A stretch of DNA of 64,000 bases from a virus. The notes beneath the pieces were generated by a model, which saw nothing but the letters and a program-made list of their open reading frames with translations, was not told where the DNA came from and searched no databases. Within the stretch, counting starts at the first letter, position 1. Each line of letters begins with the position of its first letter. The stretch is from positions 7,880 to 71,879 of IMG/VR virus record IMGVR_UViG_3300045242_000214. One strand, given 5' to 3'. This document shows positions 1 to 8,727 of this stretch, piece after piece. Made by a program: the position numbers and the translations under genes.

Positions 1-373
1 GATCCTCGAGGAGGCCGGGGAGCGGATGTCGAAGCTCTCCTTCGGCAAGGTGCGCTGGGGAGACCAAGGACGCCAGCCTCTGATCCTCCGTTGGCTGACC
101 GACCCCGAGGGTCCGGTCGGCTACCACGCTGACAGCGGGATCAAGGTGATCACCGACCGCGAGCTGTACGAGCGGATCGACAAGTTCATCCACGAGTCGG
201 AGAAGCCGGTCGGCGTGACCGCTATTTGCCGTGGCGTGACCGGGCAGAACGACCGCATCCGTGCCCTGATCGCCGAGGGGCACGAGGTGGGCCGCTATGG
301 ACGGCTTGGCGGCGAGAAGCGCGGCACCTACTTCCTGGCCGAGGAGTCCGACCAGGAGACGCTCGAACTGTGA
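1..373 (+). CDS. partial CDS (3' end), possibly C-terminus of an AAA/primase-helicase replication protein
   Basis: Frame is open from the window edge and ends in a GTGA overlap with the next gene; C-terminal part looks wHTH-like. Function is a guess. Confidence 0.4.
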   Translation, partial: ILEEAGERMSKLSFGKVRWGDQGRQPLILRWLTDPEGPVGYHADSGIKVITDRELYERIDKFIHESEKPVGVTAICRGVTGQNDRIRALIAEGHEVGRYGRLGGEKRGTYFLAEESDQETLEL

Positions 374-567
374 CCGGCCAGCTCGATCTGCTCGCTGACA
401 CTTGGACTTGCACCACCTGTCAGGGCGCCGGCGAATGTCTTCGTCTCCTCTATCCGGACGAGCGCGAGCCCGGCGGGACGTTCGTCGCTATGCGGCGATG
501 CCCGACTTGTGGGGGCGCAGGGAAGCTTCCGTACGACCCTCGGGATCTGAGCGCCTTCCGCTTTTAG
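370..567 (+). CDS. small DnaJ-type zinc-finger protein
   Basis: CTTCQGAG and CPTCGGAG (CxxCxGxG repeats); GTGA coupling to upstream stop. Confidence 0.65.
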   Translation: MTGQLDLLADTWTCTTCQGAGECLRLLYPDEREPGGTFVAMRRCPTCGGAGKLPYDPRDLSAFRF

Positions 568-650
568 CAGGTAGAATGGGTGTCCTGGGGTCGGCTCAGG
601 CAAGGCGGAATCATGCGCGGCTGGGCGGGCCACCCCAACAAGGAGCACCT

Positions 651-854
651 ATGAAGGGATTCTGGCGTCAACTCATCGAGCACAACGGACCTTTCGTCGC
701 GCACCTCTTACGCCAACTCGCACACCAGGTGGAACTGGCGGCTCCAGGCCCACCCCACCTCGCGTTCATTCTCTTCAGACGAAGCGCGCCGGCAGCAGCT
801 CCACGCGTTATAGTTGAGCTACATGACTCAAGTAGCAGTCGTAAATGCCGATAA
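651..854 (+). pseudogene. N-terminal part of a gene probably interrupted at about 774 by an insertion
   Basis: AGGAG RBS before ATG651; joins in frame to 1319 onward if 775..1318 is removed. Confidence 0.45.
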
Positions 855-1318
855 GGGGGTGGTGCAGATCACCACACGCACGATCCACTTCTACCTCGTG
901 GATCACGGTGCTGTCCTCTCTACTCGGCCCAGAGGCAGAGAGACAGCCGATCATCTAAGGACCCTCGCGGGCGAGCCGGGCGACCTCATCCTCGATTTTC
1001 GAGACGTCGAGGTGGCCAGTGCGCCGTTCCTGCAGGAGCTGGTCAACGGGGTCCAGTCCGTGATCGCCGCAGAGAGCGACAGGGGGCGGATCGTCCTGAT
1101 CGCGAACATGAACGACGATGTGGCGGAGACGCTCGCCTATGTCGTTGCTCGGAAAAAGTTCATGCTTCCGTACCGCCAAGGAGACCAGGTCGAGCTCCTT
1201 GAGGCAAACAAGCAGTTCGCGGACACGCTCCGCGAGGCGCAACGGCTTCGGTCGTTTACCGCGCCCCAACTCGCCGATCGCCTCCACATCAAGCCGGACG
1301 CCGCGACGCAACGTCTCT
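775..1318 (+). mobile_element. 544-bp host-like insert encoding a STAS-like (DUF4325-type) domain and truncated wHTH
   Basis: LSTRPRGRE...LILDFRDVEVASAPFLQELV motif; bounded by TCTCT direct repeat (770-774 and 1314-1318). Confidence 0.5.
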
Positions 1319-1341
1319 GGAGCCAACCCGAAGGAGTAGTA

Positions 1342-1662
1342 ATGGCTGACCTCTCAGTTCTCGACACAAGCGGTCCCCTCAACGGCGCATTCCAGCCGCT
1401 CGACGTGGACGGCAACCCGACCACCGCCGACGACATACCCGTCTGGACGTCCAGCGACACGACCATCGCAACGGTCGCCGCTGCCGCCGACGGCATGAGT
1501 GCCGTCGTCACGCTCGCCAGCCCGCCGCTGCTCGGCGCCACCGTCATCGGCGTCGACTCGATCCGTTCCTCGGATCAGGCCGACGTGCACGCGCAGGCCA
1601 CCCTGACCGTCACGGCGTCCGAGGAGACCTCGGGCGAGGTCACTCTCACCCCGGCCGCGTAA
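1342..1662 (+). CDS. Ig-like (Big_2-type) domain protein
   Basis: VWTSSDTTIATVAAAADGMSAVV motif; AAGGAG RBS before ATG1342. Confidence 0.65.
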   Translation: MADLSVLDTSGPLNGAFQPLDVDGNPTTADDIPVWTSSDTTIATVAAAADGMSAVVTLASPPLLGATVIGVDSIRSSDQADVHAQATLTVTASEETSGEVTLTPAA

Positions 1663-2251
1663 TACCGTTCGAGGCGAGGGTCGGCTCCGGTTGGCCCTCG
1701 CTTTGCACCTGCGGGCGGATGACTGCGATGGTCTCGTCGACGTAGACAGGCTCGCCGAACTCGAGCCGTAGGCACTGCGCGTAGACGAGGTCGCCGAGCC
1801 AGCCTTTGCGTTTGACGCCGCCGAGGTCAGGTAACGCGTCGACGCCCCAACGGGCCTTCGCGCTGGCGGGCGCGACGATCATCGGGGTGCCGACGTTGCC
1901 CGCCTTGATGCTCTTGCCCTGCCAGACGGTGACGCCGGGGCAGTGCGACCCTTCGCCGAATGTCATCTTGAACAGGAACCAAGGGCCGTTCGGGTGCTGA
2001 CGGATGGTCTGGCGGATCTTGTCGAACGCGGCAGGCAGAAACTCGTCGTCATCATCGGTGCTCACGATCCAGTCGCCCTTGACGAGACCTTCGTCCAGTG
2101 CCCGGTTTCTGAGCGAGTGGCCATAGCAGCCTGCTGTGCCATCCTGGTCGGGCATGATCACAACCTGGTCTGCTCCGCTGCAGGATTTGAGCGTCGCCCT
2201 AAGTGAATCACGATTGAGCGTCGGCACGATGACCGAGATGCGTTCGATCAC
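1646..2251 (-). CDS. glycosyltransferase family 2-like protein
   Basis: ISVIVPTLNR N-terminus, RNRAL, WIVSTDDDD (DXD). Confidence 0.75.
   Translation of the reverse strand: MIERISVIVPTLNRDSLRATLKSCSGADQVVIMPDQDGTAGCYGHSLRNRALDEGLVKGDWIVSTDDDDEFLPAAFDKIRQTIRQHPNGPWFLFKMTFGEGSHCPGVTVWQGKSIKAGNVGTPMIVAPASAKARWGVDALPDLGGVKRKGWLGDLVYAQCLRLEFGEPVYVDETIAVIRPQVQSEGQPEPTLASNGITRPG
1671..1704 (+). terminator. intrinsic terminator-like hairpin at convergent gene junction
   Basis: GAGGCGAGGGTCGGC-TCCG-GTTGGCCCTCGCTTT stem-loop just after the Ig-like stop. Confidence 0.6.
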
Positions 2252-2490
2252 GATGGCGTCCAGAGCGGGACGACCAGATAGCTGAAGTCGCCGACGACTT
2301 CCTCGCCATCCATGAACTCCTGCCAGGCCGCGTCGTCACGTCCGGCCTGGACGAGCGCCGCTTCCGCCTGGTCGAACGGGCCGGTGGCGTGGACGACGGT
2401 GTGCGTCTCGTTGTCGACGGTGACCATGACGAAGGCGCCGGCGTTCTTCTGCGCCTGTTCGAGTGCAAAGATGAGTTCCTCGATGCTCAC
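2248..2490 (-). CDS. hypothetical protein
   Basis: GTGA-coupled ORF in operon. Confidence 0.55.
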   Translation of the reverse strand: MSIEELIFALEQAQKNAGAFVMVTVDNETHTVVHATGPFDQAEAALVQAGRDDAAWQEFMDGEEVVGDFSYLVVPLWTPS

Positions 2491-2681
2491 GGTCCCACGT
2501 TTCGCTTGATCCATCTGTCGATGCGCCACATTGTCCACCAGCGGCCGAGCCTGCTGCGCCAGAACCAGCGCGGGCTTGTCGGCGGGTACACCGTCACGTT
2601 GCCGCTGAAGATCGTGTGCATCTGCTCGGGCCAGCCTTGTTCGCCAAGGATCTGCATGATCTTGTCCTCTCCCTCGCTCAC
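2487..2681 (-). CDS. hypothetical protein
   Basis: 4-nt overlaps with both neighbours. Confidence 0.5.
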   Translation of the reverse strand: MSEGEDKIMQILGEQGWPEQMHTIFSGNVTVYPPTSPRWFWRSRLGRWWTMWRIDRWIKRNVGP

Positions 2682-3271
2682 GCGCGCGCCCCGATGTCGC
2701 CGAACTCGCGTGTCGGGTGCATGTACTCGGCGGTCTTTCCGTCCTCGCTGATCTCGTAGCCGAGAGCGGCGAGATGCTCAGCGAGCGTTAGATGCTCGAA
2801 CTCGGGACGGAGCGCCTGCTTTTCGTTGACGTGTCGTACCGGCGGAAGATGCAGATGCGGCTGGCGCCCATAGACCTGCCCGAGAATGAACCGCATCAGC
2901 ACCACGTCGACTTGCCGGTAGTGAGTGCCGCCAAGCCTCGGGACGGGAATCTCTGCAAGCAAGTCGGACTTGAACGCCGTAAAGCCGAGTGCGGGAGCGA
3001 CGTTCGTGGACCACACGTAGGGCGAGGCGCAATAAGAGCGCTCGCATTCGATCAGAGCTTGCAGCTGCCCTGGCTCAAAAGCCATGTCGGCTTCTACAAC
3101 GAGGAAGGACTCGCCGTCGCCCCAGAGCGCCATGATCAGTTCGGCGTATGCGGTGTCGCTGCGCGAAGTGTCGAGGAACTCGGGGTCGATCTCGAGAACT
3201 CTGACCGCATCACCGAATGAGCGCAGCGTCTCCGTGCGCACACTGGCGGCAAACGGGCAGACGATCCTCAC
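2678..3271 (-). CDS. GT-A fold glycosyltransferase-like protein
   Basis: MRIVCPF start, FLVVEADM (DXD-like), LGFTAF, C-terminal VRH. Confidence 0.5.
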   Translation of the reverse strand: MRIVCPFAASVRTETLRSFGDAVRVLEIDPEFLDTSRSDTAYAELIMALWGDGESFLVVEADMAFEPGQLQALIECERSYCASPYVWSTNVAPALGFTAFKSDLLAEIPVPRLGGTHYRQVDVVLMRFILGQVYGRQPHLHLPPVRHVNEKQALRPEFEHLTLAEHLAALGYEISEDGKTAEYMHPTREFGDIGARA

Positions 3272-4731
3272 CTGTCCGCCCCCTCCCAGATGCTGCCGCG
3301 CGTCGGCATGATCATCAACGGACCCCCATCAGCCGCGGCAGCCTCGTCGGCCAGCCCGTGCGTCGTCGGATCGAGCGACTCCTCGTAACGCCGCCATGCC
3401 TCCCCGCCTTCACCCGTCGCCGTCCCCAACCAGCGTGACCCCTGCGGCGACGGCAACCCCACCGGAACCTGGTTCACGCGACGCCGCCACGGCAGCTTCT
3501 TCGCCGCCAACGCCAGTGCAAACGCCAGGTCATCCTTCGCGCGGTCCGAGCCGTGCGACCCCGGCGTCGTCCAGCGCGCACCCTGCGACGAATACGCGAG
3601 CTCGAACGACTCCAGCTCCGAGCGGATCTGGCCATCCGGAAAGCCGACCGCCTGCTCGCCGATCATCAAAGCCAGATGCTCCAGCAGATCCTGGCGGGAA
3701 CGCGCGCTAAACGGGTAACCCTCAACACGCATGTCACCACGTCGCTGCAGACGCTCCACGATCGCATCGCCGGCTCCGGTCGAGTCGACCAGCGCGGGTA
3801 CGCGGCCGACGATCTCGACGATCCGGGCCTCCGTCTCGGTGTGTGGCGCCCGGAAGCGTTCGACATGGGTTGCGACGCCTTCGCGGTCGAGGAGGACGAT
3901 CGCGGTGTAGTCGCGCTCGAGCACGTCACGCGACCTGACCTCGCGCACGTTGACGGCGCCGCGTCCGGCGAGGTCGACGCCGGCGACGGCGGGCGGCTTG
4001 TCGGAGAGCGGCTGCACGCAGGCCCTGATCGCGTCGAGGCCGAACGGGTTTTCGCCGTCGTCGGACGCTTCGGCGAGGTAGAGCTGCTTCCAAGCGCCTT
4101 CGCGACCGCGGCTCGCCCATTCCTGGCGTGATGCTTCGATCTCGGCCGCGTCGAGTACCCCTGCTTCGACGGCGTCGTAGCAGGTCAGCTTGTGGTACGC
4201 CATATCCGGGGCGCCGGCCTCGGCCATGCGAGAGACCTGGTAGAACCAGGTTTTGCGGCCGATCACGTTGCCGATGATCCGGAGCGGTCCTTTCGTGTAG
4301 GTCAGCGTGGTGAGGATGGCTTCATAGGCGTCCTCGCGCATCCAGGCTGCCTCGTCGAGCACGGCGGCATAGACGTCTTCACCGAAGAGGTCGCTGGCGC
4401 GTTCAGCCGACTTGAACCAGATCATGGCGCCGTTCGGGATCGTGATCGTGAGAGCGGATTGGTTGAACTTGCACAGGTGGCGGATCGGGTGCAGATTGCG
4501 ACGGGAGCGCCGGAAGCCGATCGACGCCTGGTGATAGACCGGGGCGCACCACCAGTAGTTGCGGCCCGGATTGCCTTCGGTGAACGCCTTCTCGAACAGC
4601 CACGCCAGGACACCTACGGTCTTTCCTGATTTCGTCGCGCCCTCCACGAGTACCTGACGCGCGGGATCGTAGATGGCTGCGCGCTGCTTCGGGTAGAGCG
4701 GCGCTTGCGTGTATTCGACTGCGGTGGTCAT
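3268..4731 (-). CDS. terL: terminase large subunit
   Basis: Walker A EGATKSGKT, Walker B AVLDEAA, nuclease VAGVDLA, VDSTGAG, DDLAFALALA. Confidence 0.9.
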   Translation of the reverse strand: MTTAVEYTQAPLYPKQRAAIYDPARQVLVEGATKSGKTVGVLAWLFEKAFTEGNPGRNYWWCAPVYHQASIGFRRSRRNLHPIRHLCKFNQSALTITIPNGAMIWFKSAERASDLFGEDVYAAVLDEAAWMREDAYEAILTTLTYTKGPLRIIGNVIGRKTWFYQVSRMAEAGAPDMAYHKLTCYDAVEAGVLDAAEIEASRQEWASRGREGAWKQLYLAEASDDGENPFGLDAIRACVQPLSDKPPAVAGVDLAGRGAVNVREVRSRDVLERDYTAIVLLDREGVATHVERFRAPHTETEARIVEIVGRVPALVDSTGAGDAIVERLQRRGDMRVEGYPFSARSRQDLLEHLALMIGEQAVGFPDGQIRSELESFELAYSSQGARWTTPGSHGSDRAKDDLAFALALAAKKLPWRRRVNQVPVGLPSPQGSRWLGTATGEGGEAWRRYEESLDPTTHGLADEAAAADGGPLMIMPTRGSIWEGADR

Positions 4732-4988
4732 GGCTGCGGGGCGGCTGGCGCTGGTATGGAGGTCACTTTGTTGGAGTTGTCCTCGCAGCCGTGAGGCTGC
4801 CGCTCGGCCGCCCCGCGGCTTGGCATAGAGGATACAGCGTGCAGGTCGGCGAGCAAGTCCTCAGCTGCGCGGGCGGCGTCGACGAGACGCTTCAACTCGG
4901 CGATGCTCTCGACCTTGAGGCCGGCGAGCAGGAGCTCGATGTCCTCGCTATACGGAGTAGAGGCAGGCTGATCGTGGCTAGAGGACAC
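4728..4988 (-). CDS. hypothetical protein
   Basis: ORF coupled to terL start. Confidence 0.45.
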   Translation of the reverse strand: MSSSHDQPASTPYSEDIELLLAGLKVESIAELKRLVDAARAAEDLLADLHAVSSMPSRGAAERQPHGCEDNSNKVTSIPAPAAPQP

Positions 4989-5163
4989 CGCGAGCCTCCC
5001 CGCTTTTCACGATGCGCCGGAACTCACTCCGCTCCCGTCGCCCGAAGAACCAGCCGGTGAAGAAACAGCACAACGCGCCAGCGCCCGCTATGGCGATGTA
5101 GCCGGTCGTCCAGTAGTGGAGCGCGAAGGCCGCGAACGCCACCGGCACCGCCGCGAACATCAC
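4978..5163 (-). CDS. small membrane protein (2 TM)
   Basis: two hydrophobic segments and a basic tail. Confidence 0.55.
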   Translation of the reverse strand: MMFAAVPVAFAAFALHYWTTGYIAIAGAGALCCFFTGWFFGRRERSEFRRIVKSGEARGVL

Positions 5164-5234
5164 GGCGCAGGCGTCTTCTCGATCTCGCCGCGTGAGCGGT
5201 CAGCAGGAACCTCAGTGGTCGCCGCGTAACTCAT
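5160..5234 (-). pseudogene. 24-codon remnant of a common phage protein (MSYAATTEVPADRSRGEIEKT...)
   Basis: Resembles the N-terminus of a phage family (YA.T.V..DRSR.EIE.TL.RYG), truncated; 4-nt overlaps on both sides. Confidence 0.45.
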
Positions 5235-5626
5235 CGCGCTCTCGCCAGAAACTCGCCGTGCAGCGTCCGCAAAGCCTCCGGGTCCACGCTGACGCGCCCG
5301 TTCTGCGACGCGATCCACAGGTTGAGCGCCTCCGTCTCGTCCAGCGACTCGTCCATCGCCTCCACACGGGCGCGCACCTTGCGCTCGACCGTGGGGCGGA
5401 AGACGACCTTGAGCGCGCCATAGCCAGCGAGGATGCGCCGAATCTGGGTCTCGTCGATGCGACGCGCCATCTCTTCGTCACAGCGGTAGCGCACCCGGAC
5501 ATTCGCACCTTCGTACTGCTCGGGAGGGATGAGCGTGTCCCACTCGGGAATGTCGCCCCAATCCGTGAAGTCGAAGTCCAGCGTGATGAAGTCGCGGTCA
5601 GTCAGCGGGATGAAGCGAAGGTTCAT
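5231..5626 (-). CDS. SbcD/Mre11-like nuclease, C-terminal part (separate gene)
   Basis: MNLRFIPLTDRDFITLD...ANVRVRY matches the segment that follows the phosphoesterase domain in SbcD; TGATG coupling. Confidence 0.7.
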   Translation of the reverse strand: MNLRFIPLTDRDFITLDFDFTDWGDIPEWDTLIPPEQYEGANVRVRYRCDEEMARRIDETQIRRILAGYGALKVVFRPTVERKVRARVEAMDESLDETEALNLWIASQNGRVSVDPEALRTLHGEFLARAR

Positions 5627-6120
5627 CAGTCCACCGCAGCTTCCATGTTGGCAAGGCGCCAAGCACGGGATGCTTCGGCAGCCTCTTCCTCGGTATCGAA
5701 GTAGCCAAGGTGGTGCCATTGCCGTGCGAGGCTCCCATATGCGCGCCACTTACCACGGTCGGGGCGGTAGCAAACGCCACGATGTTTGGAATCGCGTGAG
5801 TCGCGGTGGCCACCCATGTTGTGATTGTGCTGATGACGCAAAAGGATCCGCAGATTGCTGCGACGGTTGTCTAACGGATCGCGGTTGATGTGATCGCCTA
5901 TGCGCGGATCACCAATCCCTAGTCCTAGGATCTCGCGATGAAGGTACGAATTCGATGCAGGACGCGGCAAAGAGCGCATGGCGTAGCCATAGCGGTTGAG
6001 GTACCAGGTGTACTGAAGCGCCCAGGCTTCATCAGCCGCGCTAACGAGCGAGTAGCCGATCACCACGGTGCCTTGCTCACGGCGACCTCGCAGTGGGATT
6101 CTGACGCCCACGTCGTTCAT
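5626..6120 (-). CDS. HNH-AP2 homing endonuclease
   Basis: YLHREILG, DHINRDPLDNRRSNLR (HNH_3), HRGVCYRPDRGKWRA...LGYFDTEEEAA (AP2). Confidence 0.9.
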   Translation of the reverse strand: MNDVGVRIPLRGRREQGTVVIGYSLVSAADEAWALQYTWYLNRYGYAMRSLPRPASNSYLHREILGLGIGDPRIGDHINRDPLDNRRSNLRILLRHQHNHNMGGHRDSRDSKHRGVCYRPDRGKWRAYGSLARQWHHLGYFDTEEEAAEASRAWRLANMEAAVD

Positions 6121-6908
6121 GCGGCTGTATCCAGAAGCCAGACCCCGTGAGAATCGTCGGTTTCTCCCCATGAGCAAACCCAGGGGCTACCGCAGTACAG
6201 AACGGCGGGATCGTCGCTGATCACCTGAACCTTGTGTAGGTGGCCGAGGACTACCAGATCAAAACCAGCCGCCTTCAGTCCTTCGAGTGACAGCACGGGC
6301 TCTCTCAACATTTCGACAGGAAGCCCTGTCGGCAGCGTCGCCCCCGAGACCGACCAGTGCCCGACCAGGATCGCCGTCTTTCCTGGATGCTCGTCGCGGC
6401 AGCGAGCGCCGAGGAGATGCGCCGACTCCACGAGCGCCGCCGCCGCGACCTCGTTCAAGCTGTCCCGGTCCTCGGCAGGCCGGTCCGCGACGAGGCGCGC
6501 GATCGGCGTCCAGGGCAGCGTCGCCACGACCACGTCACCGACCGGGTAGAGGCTGGGTCCGAGCGCGACCGCGACGCCGGTTTCGCCGAAGATGGCGAGC
6601 GCCGGTGGCAGCGCTGCCGACTTGACGTCGTGGTTGCCGAGGATGCAGAGAACGCTGGCGCCGTTGTCGCGAAGACGCCTGACAAAGCTCTGAAAAGCCA
6701 AGATGGCAAACGGCTTGGGTGACGCATACTCGAACACGTCTCCGAGGATGCAGACGAGCTCGCACTCCTCCTGAGCCGCAAGGTAGGCGATCTGGTCGAG
6801 CGCGTCCTCCTGGTCGGCGAAGCGGCTGCCAGGACCAAAGTCGCTGCCGTTTCCGAGGTCATTCCCCGCGCCTAGCTGGAGGTCTGCCGTGAAGAGAGCG
6901 CGCATCAA
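6117..6908 (-). CDS. SbcD/Mre11-like metallophosphoesterase, N-terminal part
   Basis: TADLQLG, LGDVFE, LGNHD, VGH, LGHLH, YCGSP motifs. Confidence 0.85.
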   Translation of the reverse strand: MMRALFTADLQLGAGNDLGNGSDFGPGSRFADQEDALDQIAYLAAQEECELVCILGDVFEYASPKPFAILAFQSFVRRLRDNGASVLCILGNHDVKSAALPPALAIFGETGVAVALGPSLYPVGDVVVATLPWTPIARLVADRPAEDRDSLNEVAAAALVESAHLLGARCRDEHPGKTAILVGHWSVSGATLPTGLPVEMLREPVLSLEGLKAAGFDLVVLGHLHKVQVISDDPAVLYCGSPWVCSWGETDDSHGVWLLDTAA

Positions 6909-7543
6909 AGTCCTACGGCATCCCGAAACGCCTGCGCCGCGCGCTTCTTGCCGCGTCTGTTCCCGAGAGCGGCTACGGTCACCTTGGCGGCACGCACGAT
7001 CGCCTCGTCCGAGAAGTCCGCCTGTTTGTCAGGCACCTCTCCGTTCGGGAGACGTACCGGCATGATCATGCCGACCTCTTCATGGAAGCCGTCGACGCGG
7101 AGACCCTTCAGCGGGTGGACTGGATGCAGGATGATCGCGTTGTCTCGCATCTCCTTGCCCTTCATCGCCGTCGCGAGATTGTGGAGCAGCCGAGCGTTGA
7201 TCCCGAACCGCACGGGAGCCTTCGGGGCGCCGTCAAGGATCTTTGCAATGTCCGGAAAAGACAGGCTGGAAAGAGGCCAGGTGCGCTCTCCACCGTCCGA
7301 CAGCTTGAGTGTTGCTTTGCCGTCAGCGATGCGCAGGCTCTGACCATTCGCTTCCTTCAGGGCCGTAGCCGGAATCAAGCCGGACTCGTCTCCGTCCTCC
7401 ACTTTGCAAGGAACGCGAGCGGCGACGTAGCTGTCGGTCGCAGTCAAGGTGCCGGCCTCTGCATCGAAGGAGACATGATTGAGAGCCATCCGGGTCGGCT
7501 CGGTAGAAGCGATGACCCAGATCTGGCCGACGCTGGCAATCAT
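6905..7543 (-). CDS. DNA polymerase III beta-clamp-like protein (partial fold)
   Basis: ASTEPTRMALNHV, ATDSY, FPD, INARLL, IMPVRL echo DnaN middle and C-terminal domains. Confidence 0.65.
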   Translation of the reverse strand: MIASVGQIWVIASTEPTRMALNHVSFDAEAGTLTATDSYVAARVPCKVEDGDESGLIPATALKEANGQSLRIADGKATLKLSDGGERTWPLSSLSFPDIAKILDGAPKAPVRFGINARLLHNLATAMKGKEMRDNAIILHPVHPLKGLRVDGFHEEVGMIMPVRLPNGEVPDKQADFSDEAIVRAAKVTVAALGNRRGKKRAAQAFRDAVGL

Positions 7544-7785
7544 GACTCTTCCCTCAGCCGCCATCCGAGCTCGAATCCGAGAAGCAGCATCGACAGCATC
7601 GACAGCTTGATGTCCTCGGCGGTGACCATCGCACCCTCCGGGATCCCTTCGAGGCGCATGGCAACGACCTCGCTGCCGACCTTGAGCAGGTCGTCGGCGG
7701 ACACGTTGGCGCTGCGGAAGAACATGTCGCGCGCCGTGGCGCTGTCGGAGACTTCGACCTCGCTGATCTCTTCGTAGCCGATCAT
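7540..7785 (-). CDS. hypothetical protein
   Basis: coupled ORF. Confidence 0.55.
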   Translation of the reverse strand: MIGYEEISEVEVSDSATARDMFFRSANVSADDLLKVGSEVVAMRLEGIPEGAMVTAEDIKLSMLSMLLLGFELGWRLREES

Positions 7786-8027
7786 GCCGTCTTCGCCTTT
7801 GCGCGCCCTGAGATCGCCTCATCGACGAGCGATGAATCCACGAAGCACCGCCACGAGCAATAGTGAGTGTCATGGTTAGTGATCGGGTAGATCATCATGT
7901 CGGTCACGAACCCGCCCATGCTTGGCACGCTCTCGTTTTTGACCGCTAGCCTCCAATCAACCGAGTTACCCGACGCTGTGATGTTCTTTCCGCAGGTGTC
8001 ACAGATGATCTTGTGCGTCTCGCTCAT
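7782..8027 (-). CDS. small zinc-binding protein
   Basis: CDTCG and HYCSWRC. Confidence 0.6.
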   Translation of the reverse strand: MSETHKIICDTCGKNITASGNSVDWRLAVKNESVPSMGGFVTDMMIYPITNHDTHYCSWRCFVDSSLVDEAISGRAKAKTA

Positions 8028-8206
8028 GAGTCGCCGTTCCTTGGCGCGAACGCCTCGTCGGCTTGGTAGTTGACACCCAGGGTCTCCGCGCTCTGGCGGA
8101 GTGACTCCTTGGCAACCTCGGTGCGAGCCTTGAGGACGCCGAGGTAGGAGTTCCAGCTGACCCAGGCGAAGAAACCGAGCACGAGGACGACGATCTGCCA
8201 GGTCAT
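8024..8206 (-). CDS. small membrane protein
   Basis: N-terminal TM helix; coupled. Confidence 0.55.
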   Translation of the reverse strand: MTWQIVVLVLGFFAWVSWNSYLGVLKARTEVAKESLRQSAETLGVNYQADEAFAPRNGDS

Positions 8207-8409
8207 GTCCGCACCTTGAATCGGAGTTGTTCCACGGCCGTATTCCCCGTAGCAGGGTCGATGTACTTCTCGCCGTCCTTTAGAGCAGCGCGAGTGACCG
8301 TCACGTCGATCGGCTCAAACAAGATTGAGATGACATTGGTTTTGAGAATGCCCAGCTTGTCGCAGAGCGCGGTGATCTCGTGGCCGATGTCGATGGGGTC
8401 CGTGATCAT
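8203..8409 (-). CDS. hypothetical protein
   Basis: coupled ORF. Confidence 0.55.
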   Translation of the reverse strand: MITDPIDIGHEITALCDKLGILKTNVISILFEPIDVTVTRAALKDGEKYIDPATGNTAVEQLRFKVRT

Positions 8410-8717
8410 CTCGACCTGAACTCGATCTTCGGCTCGACCCTCGCCGTCAACTCGACCGGCTGAAACGAACGCGACGGGACGGCGACGTAGGTGAGGACCC
8501 CCGTCGTGTCGATGTCGGGGTCGGCGGCCTGGACGGCGGCGGCCTTGCGGATCGCCTCGTCACTCGACGCGGCGTTCACGGTGCCGAGCTCAGCCCACTG
8601 GTTGTCGGCGTCGACGATGCTCTGCAAGATGATGTACTCACGGCCGGCGCCCTTATCCGCGGGCAACGGGAGCGGTTCGGGTTCGGTCAGCGGTGGTTCG
8701 GTGATTGCGGTGGTCAT
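8406..8717 (-). CDS. hypothetical protein
   Basis: GAGGAG RBS; coupled to next gene. Confidence 0.6.
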   Translation of the reverse strand: MTTAITEPPLTEPEPLPLPADKGAGREYIILQSIVDADNQWAELGTVNAASSDEAIRKAAAVQAADPDIDTTGVLTYVAVPSRSFQPVELTARVEPKIEFRSR

Positions 8718-8727
8718 TGAACTCCTC

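Noticed and set aside
572-650. Possible riboswitch-like hairpin covering the RBS of the 651 ORF
   Set aside because: Pairing is possible, but part of the 5' arm lies before the likely start site after TAGAAT, and no known aptamer is recognisable.
814-1662. Single 282-aa protein as listed in the ORF track
   Set aside because: Better explained as an insert plus an Ig-like gene with its own RBS at 1342.
5626-6120. Group I intron around the HNH-AP2 gene
   Set aside because: No flanking non-coding sequence for a ribozyme core; both junctions are stop-start overlaps.
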